Shown: piece by piece, positions 50,104 through 63,005 of the stretch
How the letters are laid out: every line of letters begins with the position of its first letter
Numbering within the stretch: the first letter of the stretch is position 1
NCBI RefSeq assembly: GCF_018350175.1
Contig: NC_058369.1
Span: 24,926,001-24,990,000, forward strand
DNA length: 64,000 nucleotides
Source of the DNA: Felis catus
Lineage: Eukaryota
Direction: 5' to 3'
Position numbers and translations under genes: made by a program
The notes under the pieces: model-generated
What the model was told of the DNA's origin: nothing
Databases searched by the model: none
Seen by the model: only the letters and a program-made list of their open reading frames with translations

Positions 50104-50520
50104 GGTGGCTGCCGGGCCTGCTCTTTGGGATGTCACCGCTGACCCGAGGCGACTACAAAACTCCCAGGCGAAAGGGGGCCCCAGCTCCACGGTGCCCGGC
50201 GGCAGTGGCGGCACGGAGACTGACAGCCGGCTTCTTGCCGGGTGGGACCGACTCGGCTCTCCGGCTGAAAGGGGGCGGAGCCTAGTGCGGGCCCACCCAC
50301 CTGGGGCGGGGCGGGCACCGCCTCGGCCCCGCCCCCGCGCGTCCTTGGAACGCCCAGGTACCGCCCCGCGGAAACGCCCCAGCGAGGAGAGGGATGATTC
50401 TACCGAGGGTCTTTTCCTTCCTCGAGGCGGAGGCCCGAGGCCACCCGTGCAACGACTACCCCTCACTCCGGGAGTGGAAGAGGCGGCGAGTAGAGAGGAG
50501 ACCCGGTGGAAGGAAAAGCC
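50104..50520 (-). promoter_or_regulatory. ARHGEF3: CpG-rich promoter and 5'UTR of the ARHGEF3 short isoform, with Sp/KLF GC boxes
   Basis: This is the only strongly CpG-dense non-repeat stretch in the window. GC boxes: gggggcggag (~50271), ggggcggggcggg (~50303), ccccgccccc (~50327). It lies directly upstream of the ATG exon. Confidence 0.85.
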
Positions 50521-50914
50521 AGCATTTTAAAAGCCCATATTAAGAAGAGGTAGTATTCCGTCTTGCCTTATTCCCAGCAAGTCTCCACCCCCCACAGTTG
50601 TGTGGTTTTTTTTTTAATGAACATCTGAACGTCACTGGAGTGTATAGTCTATAAACAGTAATATGTGCCCACTTTAAGTTATATAGTCAGTTGAGTATTG
50701 ACAAACGTAAACACTCACGTAACCACTTCCACAATCAGGAAATGTATTTCCACCACTTCCAGAGACTTCCCTTGGGCGCCTTCCTCTGTACCCATTTTTA
50801 AATATGAAGAGGCTGATTAGTGGCTGTCAGCCACTCACAAGGGCAGTCTGACAGGGTCTGTTCAAGATGAAGCTCTGCAGCAGGACCCGGTTGGCTATAC
50901 CATGCCTTACTGGA

Positions 50915-51440
50915 GAACTACATTGTAAATGTTCAATAGGCAATTCTAAGATCATTTGCTGCAGCCCAGTCTGGAACAGTAAAAAGCAAACAAGCAAAAC
51001 CCCCAAACTGGAACCACTGTAATATCCATCAACAGGGAATGCTTGAATAAATTCTCCTCCCTATAAAACCCCACTCAGCAGCAGTCAAAAACAAGATGGG
51101 TCCAGGGTTGTGGCATGGAGAGATCTCCAGTGTATGTATCACATTCAGTTAAAGAACAATTGCAGAGTAAGCCCAATATTAATACCATTTGTGTTGAAAA
51201 CACATCTACATAATACCATGTATTTTCTATAGCAAAATGTAGGTAAATACTATTGAAAACCATCCAGAAGGATGCACAGCAAACTTAAAAGTCCCCTTGG
51301 GGCTAGGGGAGGCAATCCATGCCAGGTATACACCTGGAATTAAAGGCTGTAAAAGAGACTTTAAATTTATAGCTAATGTTCTTAAATTTTTTACAAGAAA
51401 AATATATTTATGTGTTACTTGGGAAATTAATTTTTTAATA
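50915..51440 (+). mobile_element. Old L1ME-type 3' fragment
   Basis: aaactggaaccactgtaatatccatcaacaggga... and ...tttttacaagaaaaatatatttatgtgttactt. Confidence 0.55.
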
Positions 51441-53264
51441 TTAAAATGATCACTGTCTCAAAAGTTATTTTGTAGACTGCACTGTTGAAATCCCACCCCC
51501 TGGCCCCCATCAAAGTCATGACCACTGCAGGTGGTGGTCTAGGGAGCTGATGTCTTTTGTTTTGACTTCTTAGGTGTACAGGAGGTAATGGGAATGGAAA
51601 TATCTAGACCTTGTTACAGTGTTCTCTGCTTCCAGCTAAGGCCAGAATCCCGTTTCTACTTTCCAGGCAGGAAACCTCATGATACATAGATCTTTCATCC
51701 CAGGTACCAAATCCACACACCCTGGCACTAAATTCACCTACTTTCCTGTCCAGCTAGTGTGGACAAACTGCCTTCAGAAAAGAGAGAGTCTGGCCAGTTT
51801 TGCTAGCCCCGTTGTTGCCACATGTGTAAAGGAGACTCCTGAATTAGTGGGTTCCGGCTGAGATTGGAGAAAACACATGGATTTTTTTCCCCTCAAATAT
51901 ACATACTCAAGCAGTGGGAAGGAGGTGATCGAAGACGAGGTTTGCAGTGAGAAAGATGCCCATGGACCACTGAGTTTTTCTACCTGTATTCCTGAACACA
52001 ACTTCATTTCTTAACCCGGGCTGTGCTGATTGGGGAGCTTATGTAAGTGCTCCCTGTGAGCCTGACCAAGCTTGGTGGGGGCATGAAGGGAATGTCATCT
52101 CCAAAGGCACCCAACTAACACAGCCCCTGATTAATTCTGCAGCCAAAGGAGGGCCAGGAGAGGCAGTGACATGCCTCACTCAGGGCTACCCTGGCTGAGG
52201 ATATGAGCTGAAGCACATGCAGCCGCTCCTCATTCCCGTCTTCTTCCTGCTCCTCTGGCCCCTCAGGCCCATCATCTCAACAGGATGATCTGGCCAGCAA
52301 CAGCCCCTTTGAGGACGAGCTTTGACAAGTTCGCTGGGCCTTATCCTCTAGTTGGGAAGTGCACCTCCAGCACTTGGTGAGAAAGAGTGACCTTAGCAAA
52401 CTTCGACTGGTCCATTCACTGCGGGATCCTCAGGGCTGGACAGGGAGTCTGGCATACCCTAAGCCCAGTGTAGCAGTACATAAACCCCATGGAAAAGTGG
52501 GTACTTTAACCTCAAGTTTAAGTACAACTATCATAGAGCAAAGAATAGTCATACTGGTTGATAGGAAGGCTGCTATATCCACTCTCTCTCATAACAAAAG
52601 ATTTGGAACAATAAAAATCAATATACATGGCCACAGAACATATGTGTAGCAAACTTCTGTGTTTTCTGCCAGATATGTTAGGCAGAGAGAGAGAGATAGA
52701 GATAGAAAGAGATTGCTAATGGCCAGTAATCATTTACATAGTGCTGAAAAAAAAAAAGCATAAGCCCCCAAATGAGAGTGAAAGGAAAGATGGGGACCTG
52801 GAGTTCCCTTGGCTTGTCAGATGCTTCTAAGCTTCTCAAAGCATGAATGTCTCACCACCATAAATAGGGCTCTGGTGTTTAAAGACATATATTTTGGGTA
52901 CAATAAGGTCTGTAAACTGAAGCTGGCAATTTGGGGTATACACAAGCCATGTATGTATGTGGTCCTTGAGACATTTAAAATTTTTTCAAGGGTATTTTTG
53001 ACTCCATGCAATGTCCACCTTGTGCCCTGACTTCAGAACCTCCCTCGTGTGTGGTGTACTGCTCCAACATTAGCAGCTTTGGGGTTTGGGTATTCTGCCT
53101 AGGATTCCAAACAGAGGTGTCTGTGACCAAAGACTTTGTCAGAAAGCAGGCTGCTCTACAGGATGGTTCCTAAGCACACTCCTGAGGCTGGTGTCAGAAC
53201 TGAGGGAAGCCAGGCCAACTCTGCAGTGCTGCCCAGCTGAGTGGGCCCCAGGAGCCCGGCATTC

Positions 53265-53266
<2 letters not shown>

Positions 53267-53307
<41 letters not shown>
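53267..53307. repeat. (GT)n microsatellite
   Basis: About 20 GT units. Confidence 0.98.
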
Positions 53308-53310
<3 letters not shown>

Positions 53311-54711
53311 ATGGGCTTAGGAACAACACTGCCCTAACAGTCAGCTTCACTCAAAGCAGTGGCACAAAGTGCTTTTCAGAACTCGCCTTTAGCACAACCC
53401 GTTATAATCCTATAAAACGCTTCACAGCCGGGCAGTGTTCCTTGCTAGCCAGAAGCCTGGAGACTGGAATAAAGAAGCCTGTTCTTCGTTTCCAGGAACA
53501 GTGCCAAGAGTGGGGCCTGCATTCTCGCCTGGGCCGAGTGGGGCTTGTTTGTGCTGCCGGTGGAGTGGTGGGCCTCCACACACAAGCCCACCACTGGTTA
53601 TTAGCTCCTTTCAGAAGAGCAGACAGCCAGGCATGGCTGGGAGACCATCAATCAACTCCTCAAATCTCACTGCTGTGGCGGTGAGCACAACAGGCCAGCT
53701 TGAGGCTAAAACTTCAGAAGTTAGTGGTTGTGGAGACCTTCTCAGCCAATGGGACGATGCCTTGTCCTGTTACCATTACACTTAACATCAGAGTTAGTGG
53801 GTTCTTTTTCTCCTTAAAGTCTCATTCATTCATTCATTCATTCATTCATCAAATATGAAAGAGTGTTCATTACAGAGCAGGTGCTCAATCAGCTACATTT
53901 CTCCCCTTTCTTCTCTTCCTATTCCTGAACCTCTGTGCCAGGGAGGTGTGTAATACACATCTGCTCAAGCAGTATGGTTGACTTTAAAACATGGCCTTTC
54001 AACTATAACCTCTGCAGCAAGGTGTGCATTTGCAGAAGGAGCTCAGGTGACAGCAGCCAATCCTCTACAGCCCAGCCTTCAAACACACGCACCTCCATCT
54101 GCTCCTTGGCATCTGGAACTATCTCTCCCACCCCTGCTGATCTCACACAGTCGTGTAGGTACATGTTGGATACACATGTGTACCAACACCTCCCCCTTCC
54201 CCCCTTCCATTTGGGCAACATTCCCAGCTAATGACTGAGCTCCCTCTCCTCTCTGCCGCTTCAGTCTTGATGAGAGAGGGGAGTCAAAAGTCTGAAAAAG
54301 TTCTGGCAGTGAATTCTGAGATCTCAGGACTGTGGTTTCCTGCCAGACGGGTAAAAATGGCACCAACAAAACACTGATAATATCCAAAATCATATCAGTA
54401 TTATTACTCTCTGCCTGCCTGGGGTTGTGTCCACTGGCTCCAGGCTAGATTTATGAAAATATATCCCTGGATATTCTAAAGCTGGAAGACTTCATTCTTG
54501 CATTCACTTAAAGATCTCATTTTGTGAAACAAGTTTGAAAAACCGGTTAAGTGATACAATCTTTTTCTTTCTCCCAAGATAGAGCTAATCCTGTGGATTA
54601 CCAGCTATAATGCAAAAATAATCAAGACTTTATGTTTTTTTAAAAGGGAATGAATATTTGTCTTGCCCTGATATACCACAGACAGGTACCTTCCTCACCT
54701 CTAGTTCATTA

Positions 54712-54933
54712 CAGCGGTGATTCTCACCTGGGGGCAATTTTGTCTCCCCGGTGACATTTGGCAATGTCTGAATACATTTTTTATTGTCATTGGGGTGGGG
54801 GTGGGGTCCTAGTGGCATCTAGTAGATAGAGACTCAGGATGCTGGCAGACATCCTATAATGCACAGGACAGCCCCTACAACAAAGAATTTACAGGTTCAA
54901 AATGTCAATAATGCTGCTGTTGAGAAAACTTGC
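54712..54933. mobile_element. MER20-like hAT-Charlie element
   Basis: cagcggtgattctcacctgggggcaattttg...gacatttggcaatgtctg...aatgcacaggacagcccc...gttgagaaaac. Confidence 0.85.
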
Positions 54934-55794
54934 ATTAAAGAGAGAGTGTAACTGAAATATAGCATCAGGATAATCTGTTGGTTTTGACCTTAAGGATATT
55001 CTTGCTTCAGACCTCGACCACAAATGTCAGTTTGGGCATGGTGGAGCAAAGAAAAAATGCTTCAGTGCCAAGTTGCCTCAGAATATTGACATGCCTAGAA
55101 TCTTTCCCTGTTGCCCAAACCTGACACTTAACAAAATCACGTATTTCATAAAACACAAAAGGACAAGAAAACAAAAGATAGGGGAATAAAGGGTGGGGGA
55201 CAGAAAACTGTCTTAAACTGCTACTGATATGAAAATGCACTTCAAATGATAAGTGAAAATGAAAGTTTCAATGAAAGATAATACTTGAAGAAGAAATCAG
55301 AGAGGAGGAAGAAATGTTTCAAAGTTTGGTCTTTCCCAGGAAAACCTTCACCACCATATTTAATTGTTTTGGGGGGCAGAAACTCAAACTCAGTGATGAA
55401 ACAAAAATCCCAAGGGATTCAATTTACTGTCTTTTTGTTATATGGTATTTCTGACCACACAGCATGTACGACTGGAAACCTGTCTTCACTCATTTGTAGT
55501 AAGAATCCTGACTTTGTCCAATTTGAGCTGATTACTATCAGCAGGCTTGTTTTGCTTAAAGAATTTAAGCCAGTCTTTAGAACACTTTCTGTATGCTACT
55601 ATAGGGTCTTTGAACTTTATGGGTAGTCTGAATTTGTTTAAGAGTATTTCATATCTTTTGACCAAGAATTCAATAAATTTGTTACACTCCAAAATATTTA
55701 TTCCCCTCAGACTATAGCTAATGTTATGTGTTATATAGGTTTTCTACACTAACCACTGCATGGAGAAATTGTTGTCTAAAATATGTAAATTCTA

Positions 55795-56013
55795 GGGGCG
55801 CCTGGGTGGCGCAGTCAGTTGAGCGTCCGACTTCAGCCAGGTCATGATCTCGCGGTCCGTGAGTTCGAGCCCCGCGTCAGGCTCTGGGCTGATGGCTCAG
55901 AGCCTGGAGCCTGTTTCCGATTCTGTGTCTCCCTCTCTCTCTGCCCCTCCCCCGTTCAGGCTCTGTCTCTCTCTGTCCCAAAAATAAATAAACGTTGAAA
56001 AAAAAATTTTTTT
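55795..56013 (+). mobile_element. Young felid SINE (SINEC_Fc-type)
   Basis: ggggcgcctgggtggcgcagtcagttgagcgtccgac head, CpG-rich. Perfect TSD aaatatgtaaattctag at 55779-55795 and 56014-56030. Confidence 0.96.
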
Positions 56014-59000
56014 AAATATGTAAATTCTAGTTTTGGATAGTAGAACTGTTTTCCATCAACTACAAACTCAGAAATCAAAGTACCATATTTCACCAAACCT
56101 AAGATGCCAAAGACTGTAATATGTGCTATTATTTTATGTATTACCAAGAAAGAAAAATGTTGCCAATTAAATTATAACATGTGATCAATTAGAAGATATA
56201 TCCTAATTCTAAAAAAATTAAAATGTGGGAGAAATGTGTAAAATGTGTATATCAATGATAGCAGTATTCATATCATCTGGCCAGGATTTGAAAAATTATG
56301 CATTTATGGAAATGTGACTTCTGGGAATTCAGGGACATTAATGCCAGACACCACCTGTAGTGAAATAAAGTGAGAAGCTTATCAAGTCCATACCTGGGCC
56401 CCACTTTGGGTCTACTGAATTGGAATCTTCATCAATGGACTCTAGAAATTTGAATTTTTGATAAACCCTCTCAAAGTGCATCGAATAGCACAGTGGTGTG
56501 AGTTAGAATTATCAGCCGGCTCCCAAATAAGCCTGCCCACCTCCCCCATTCCAGGAATATTCTGAACCACAGATTCTCAGGCTGGAGGTGCCCAAGGGTA
56601 GTTAGCCCAATGGTTATAACATCAAAATCCTGAGTGGGCATGGAGAGCTGCTTATTTGCTCATCCAGCTATTCAACGTTGGATAGCCTGCATCCGTATGG
56701 GTGCATCAGGGATACAATGAAAAATAAACAAGTTCACACTCCGAGTAAACTACCAACTAAGCCACCCACCAGGAGACATGTTCTGGCTCTTAGAACTTGA
56801 TTTACAATCTGGTATCCAGAGTTTCAATTAAAAACATGCTTATCTTCATGGCCAGGGGACATGACTGCATTTAAGCTTTTAAAAAATTAGCTGTAGCAGT
56901 AGAGAATGGGAGGAGGGCAGTTGGCTTGAGATGTTTACTTGAAAAAGACCTGGGGCAGGAGAGAGGGGGGTACAGGGAGGAGAGTAGTGTGTGTAGAAGA
57001 CCTTAATTAGAGAATGAGTTCAGTGAGCAGAAGCAGACCTGGGGACTCCTGGCAAGCTTGTTTGTGTCTCACTCATGTGGTACGAGCAGAAGTCGTCTGG
57101 TGCGTGTTAGAGAGCAGCCCATTAGCTAACATGTTCCTTATGCCGTGGGCGTCTGACAACACTATAGGTGGGACAGAGGGTGCAGGTTCACTGGGTTCTT
57201 TGGTTAAGTGGGAGGTGAGTTCTGCTATGTTTGAATTTTTCCATATGACATTCAAAACCAAGTTCAGCAATTCAAGTCTCACATGCCCACTATTCTGACT
57301 GACTGACTTCTTGGCAACAGAAGGCTGAACAAAAGTACAGGCTTCTAGTTCACCAACTTTTACTGCTGCATGATCACTTAGTTCTTTGGCATCACAAGAA
57401 CAACCACCAAATGGCTTCCTGGATAATTCCTCTCATCCAAGGATATCCTAGATTCCTAGGTTGGGGAGCCCTTGTTCTGTGCTCCCCAGCACTGAAGACC
57501 TCTTTCCTCAACACTCACCCAGCTCCTAATGACCAATTCCTCCACCACCTGACAGTGAGCTACAGGGGCACAGGGACCGTTATCTATCTCTCTCACTGTA
57601 GTGGCTCAGCTCCTTCTAGCATGTGTCAGCATGATCCATATTTGTTAAAATGAAAACTAAATTGAAATAGGGCTAATCAAAGAAGCTGTCACGGAATAGG
57701 TGAATCCAGAGAAGAATTTTTGCAATAAGGAACATAGCATATATCAAGTTTCTGTGATGGGACCAAGAAATCATATGCAGAGCACCAAAATGGGCTGTTA
57801 AAAATTTTTTTGAGAAGTAGACATGGGTAGACATTTTTCTTGAGGAATCCAAAACTCACTGAGACCACTTTGAGAGATGGTTCCTGCAGTATAAGCTCTG
57901 AGGCTGTCCTGGATGTTACTGAGAGCTTTCAGTTCCCTCCGGTTTTTTACACATACCTGGCAATTTACACTAATTCCTGAACAAGGTAGACTTGCCAGGG
58001 GGACTGAAACTGGTGGCAAAGGATGTCAAATAGTCCATTTTCAGGGGTACCTTGTAACATGCTCATCTGTCCTTTTCTTGCCCCCCAGAGGCATTTTCTT
58101 CCTTTTCCTTCTGTACATTTGTGATTCCAGGTTAAACTGTGTTTTTTTATTCAACTTGCCATGCCCATATCTAGTGTTGTTTATATTGAGACTTTGTTCT
58201 CTTGAGTTGGGCCTTGAGGGGCTGACTTTGGAGGGGGAGGGGAGGTTTTTGCCTGGTGTTTCTGCAAGATTAACCATGGTGTTAAAGTTCCCAGGCTGAT
58301 GTGAAATTATGGCTCAAGGACTTTTTTATCCAAAGATGCCAATGGGAGAAGAAGGAAATTTCTTCGCCAGCTGCTCTAACAAGGGAGGGTATTGCTCTTC
58401 CCCTCTGGGCGTCCTAACCTGGAGTCTTACAAGAGATGCCTTGAGAGCCCATTCTAGTTTTGACACGGTACATGGGAAACAAAATTCATCTGTTCGGGAG
58501 TGGGAGGAAGGGAGGGAGGAAGGTAAGAGAGAATTAAAATTGTAAAGCCAACATCACGTGGCTTCCTCCTTGAACTTTAATAACCCAGTGCTGTCTGCAG
58601 GCCCAGAAAAACCAAATGCAATGGGTAAATTCAAGGGTTGCTCTGGTGCCAGGAAAGTGCAATAAGACATAACTTTTACAAGGTAAGCAATGAATAAATG
58701 CCCTGCAGGAGCAAAACAGCTTTTAACATCTCTGAAGTTGGCAGCCAAGTGCTTGAAATATTGGTCCAGTGCATCCAAAATGCACAACAGATAGGACCAC
58801 CTTATTTAAGATGAAGTCATACTCCAGGAGAAATACTAGCTGGATAGGCTGGGTTTTTATGATTGACGGTAGGATGGGAATTCGATCAGTATTTTCCTTG
58901 CCACAGCAAGACCCATTTTTGGGCACGTTAGAGATATGCCACATGTTGGGCAAATTTTCTAGAATTTTGTAAAGGGAAACATTTCTGCAGACTACCTTGG

Positions 59001-60539
59001 TTTCTGAAAGAGCCATCTTTCTGTCTGGGTCAGAGAGGGATCTTATTCTGTCCCTTATGCTGTTATCGAGAAGATCTGAAACTCCAAGTCTTCATTTGGG
59101 TTCTGCTATCATAAAATGAGGTTCGGGGTGTCTCATTACGCTTTATCCCCAGAAGTGTTAAAGGAAGTGCCTGTCACCAACTCAAAAATAAAAATGAAAA
59201 TGATGCTGGCAGGGCTCAAAAACCAAAGGGATCAGCATTTTGCTTCAGTTTCCTGTTCATAAAACTTTATAAAAACAACCCACCCATTAAAGAAAAAAAA
59301 ACCCACAACAATAGCTCATTATTCTTAAACGCTTGCCTCATGCCACTCTGAAATTAGGTGCCATCACGTTTCCTGAGTTATGGGCTCCAAACACCACATC
59401 CCTTTCCTCCCTTCCTCGTCCCCACCCCACCTGGCATCACTCCTGAATTTAGACACTTCAGTTTACGAGCTCAGCAGAAAGAGGCCAGCACTCTCCCTCC
59501 TACCTGTCCAGAGGAGGCCAAGCATCTGTACCAGCTGGAAGCAGGAGTCATGGAGCCTTCCAAATTAATTTCCATTCCCTAAAGAAACTTTTAATATGGA
59601 AGGTGCAAAGTTACAAAGTGAGGGGAAAAAAATACGTACAGACTGCTCCAGTAAACTGAAAAATAATTACACATGCATTACCTTGTGACATTAATTTTTG
59701 AAGAATAAGAGATTCCCCTTCTACCCTGGCTCTACAATACAACTTTATGGAATTCTGAACACCCCATTCTTCAGTTCCTGGTAGAATAGGAAAATACAAG
59801 CTCTAGAATAAGAAGCCTAGAGGCAAGTACCAAGTTTTCCACTTGCTAACTCTATGACTTTGTACAACTTATTTGCCATGCCAAACCTCTGTGCCATCAA
59901 CTGCAAAATGAGGCTATGAGACTTTCAAGGCTTTTATGAGATAAAATATATGAATAGTTTCATGAGATAATACATATGTCAGCATTCTAGGCACAAAATA
60001 AGCACATAATCCATATTGTTATTAACCTTCCTCCTCTCTTTTTTCTCAATGAATCAGAGAGGAAAAGATGGGATTTGGGGATATTTTCTACTTTTATTGC
60101 TTCCAAAGGGGTTAATGATTCTTTCCTCTAAATCCATGATTTCAAGTATTGATTTAACCATGGAGCATATATAAAAGCAGTGACACAGTGAAGAGCGAAC
60201 TGACCTAAATTTGAAGATGTGGGATCCAATTCTGGTTCTACCTCTAAATTTGCTGTGTGACCTTGAATAAGTCAAGTAAACTCAGTGAGGCCCAGTTTCT
60301 TGAACTAAAAAATAAGGTGATTTAAACACAGATGCTTATCTTCTGTGGTTCTATAAAACAGCAAAGACCAAAGTGTCTATGAAATACTGCCTCAATTTTA
60401 TGTTGTTTTATTTCAGGAAAGAAAATAAAACTGATATTATCTTGTACTGATGAAACCATCCTTATCTAAAATCAGCAGGCTTGCTGTAGTCAGCCCAGAA
60501 TGGTAATATTTTATATGGGTTCATCAGAAAATTCAGCTT

Positions 60540-60713
60540 GGGGCGCCTGGGTGGCTCAGTCAGTTAAGTGTCTGACTTCGGCTCAGGTCATGATCTCAGG
60601 GTTCATGGGTTTGAGCCCTACATCAGGCTCTGTACTGACAGCTTGGAGCCTGCTTCAGATTCTGTGTCTCCCTCTCTCCCTCTCTGCCCCTCCCCTACTC
60701 GCATCTCTCTCTC

Positions 60714-60771
<58 letters not shown>

Positions 60772-60790
60772 GATAAACATTAAAGGAAAA
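60540..60790 (+). mobile_element. CAN SINE (first member of a tandem dimer) with a long (CT)n
   Basis: ggggcgcctgggtggctcagt head, (CT)n tract and short A-tail. Confidence 0.93.
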
Positions 60791-60800
60791 AAGCTTTCTT

Positions 60801-61014
60801 GGGGCACCTGCGTGGCTCAGTCAGTTAAGCATCTGACTCTTGGTTTCAGCTCAGGTCATGATCTCATGGTTTCGTGGGTTCGAGCCCTATATCAGGCTCT
60901 GTGCTGGCAGCATGGAGCCTGCTTGGGATTCTCTGTCTCCCTTTCTCTTTGCCCCTCCCCTGCTCATGCTCATGCTCATGCTCTGTCTCTCAAAAATAGA
61001 TTTAAAAAATAAAA
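60801..61014 (+). mobile_element. CAN SINE (second member of a tandem dimer)
   Basis: ggggcacctgcgtggctcagt head, a short (ctcatg)n repeat and an A-rich tail. Confidence 0.93.
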
Positions 61015-61794
61015 AGAAAATTAAGCTTGGCATCCTCATTTGCCAGGAAATGCATCGAAGAATAAAGGTTCTTTCAATACCAAATGGTCAAGAAAGCAAA
61101 GTTTAAACCGAGGTAAGATCAACTATGAGCAAACAAAACAAAAGAAAAACCCTGAAAGGGAAATGGAGCTACCTTATAAACGGGATGGAACAGGCCTGAA
61201 ATATACCACTGCTACTTAAAAATAGGTACTGGGCTGTATGGTGCCTGTGTTATCTGTACAGCAACATTCGGTTCCTACTGTGTCCTCTTCCTACAGGCCT
61301 GTTATGACTAGGAGAGCTGTCTGTTCCTTCAGTGACCAAGTCTTGCTGCCTCGTGGATTTTCCCCAGTCATAACTTCCTTTCTGCTCCTCGGGTAGGCTG
61401 CTGACATCCAAGTGGAAGGACCACAGCCAGTTCTGTTCTGGATGCAACACACAGATGGCTGCTGGCATGTGGTGCGGAGTACCAGGAGCTTCAAGGCTGA
61501 GGGCTCTGTGTACCGCAGGCCAAGCTTCTGATGCAAAATATTGACATTGATGTCACCCATTTACAAAGATCAAAACCAAAGGGAAAGCTACATTGCAGCA
61601 ACTTCTAAACAATGCCCTCTAAATAAGTGGAACCAGATGTACTCAGTAAATCATAAGCTTCATTAGTCTTTAACATCAGTGTCTCCCACTTAACTGTAAG
61701 CTCCATAAGGTCAAAAATCATGACTCTTTTGTTCAGGGTTCTAGCCCCAGTGCTGAAAGATGCCTGCCAAGTGCCAGGAACCCAACAAATGATG

Positions 61795-63005
61795 ACCTTA
61801 GCTAATGTGCGCTGAGAGTTTGCTCTCTGCCAGGCACTGTTTCTTGATGCTACATGACATATCTCAGGTGATCCTCACAAGAATTCGATGAGGTGGGTCC
61901 TTCTATGAAGGGAGTTCAACTTGCCCAAAGTCACAGAGCTGGTAAGTGGCAGAGCTGGGGTTCAAATGCAAGTACCTTGCTTCCAGAACCTTCAGTTCCA
62001 ATCATGAAGTGGAACATTAATTATTTGCAGGTCATTTGCAACTTATTTGTCCTGGTACCAGAGACTATGATGATGAGGGCCAAGGATTCAAGTCTATATA
62101 ATATGATTAAAAGAATATCAAACAAGAGTTAGGAAACCTAGGTTCAAATCTTAGCCCTGGACTCCTACACTGACTTTGGTCAAGTCCTATGACTTCTTGG
62201 CTCACTAGTTTCCCCTCCTGGTAAAAGAAAGAAAGAAGGTGAATGGCCACTCAGACCCTGACAATTGTAAATCCCAAGTGCTAAAGTCACCACAGACATA
62301 ATCTCACAGCCAGACAACTGCAGGTCACACAAGTGTGCCTCTCCACCTTCCAGTCTTCAACATCTTCAACTGTTGGAACAATCAAACAAGTTACTCAATC
62401 TTTCAGAGCCTCAGAGCCTTCATCTGCAATTAGGACATAATAGCACCAACTTCAAAGGGTGGAGGTAAAGATTAGAGAGAATCCAGGTAAGAGGCTAACA
62501 CATAGTAGTAATTTTATAAACAGTAGCTAGGTTTATTATGGTCCCAAAGAGAGCTGGGAGGCAAGTCTGGAAGAGGAAAGAATCTCCTTAAAGCCCGGGA
62601 ACCAACCAACCAGCCAGTTGAAAACACATAATTCAAACAAAGCTGTTTAAATAATTTCTAAGAGGAGAGTACACGTTTGCCACATCCACAGCTCAAAATT
62701 TCCACATTGCATTCTCTTTCCAAAAAATGGAGTAACACAGACAGATGTCAGTTAACTTCCGACAGAACAAAAAGGAACCACTGTGATCTGGTGAGTTCAC
62801 ATGTGAGTGCTAAAATACTAGAAAATAATTTGCTTTACACCAGACTGTGACAAGGATGTGACATGTATCATCTTACAGAGTCCTCACAACCTGCTGAAGA
62901 GGGTACTTTCTCTGTTTTATAGATGATGGTATAGAGGTTCAGAAAGGCTAAGTAACTTGCTCAAGGTCACACAGCTACTAAATATCCACACCAGAACTTA
63001 GTCTT
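61795..63005. mobile_element. Cluster of MIR fragments
   Basis: Several cores, e.g. cttgcccaaagtcacagagctggtaagtggcagagctggg and agaggttcagaaaggctaagtaacttgctcaaggtcacacagcta. Confidence 0.65.

Noticed and set aside
49501..50466. 321-aa minus-strand ORF as a single-exon protein
   Set aside because: Only 32 codons match ARHGEF3. The rest is GC-rich promoter/UTR and low-complexity intron read through a clear GT donor.
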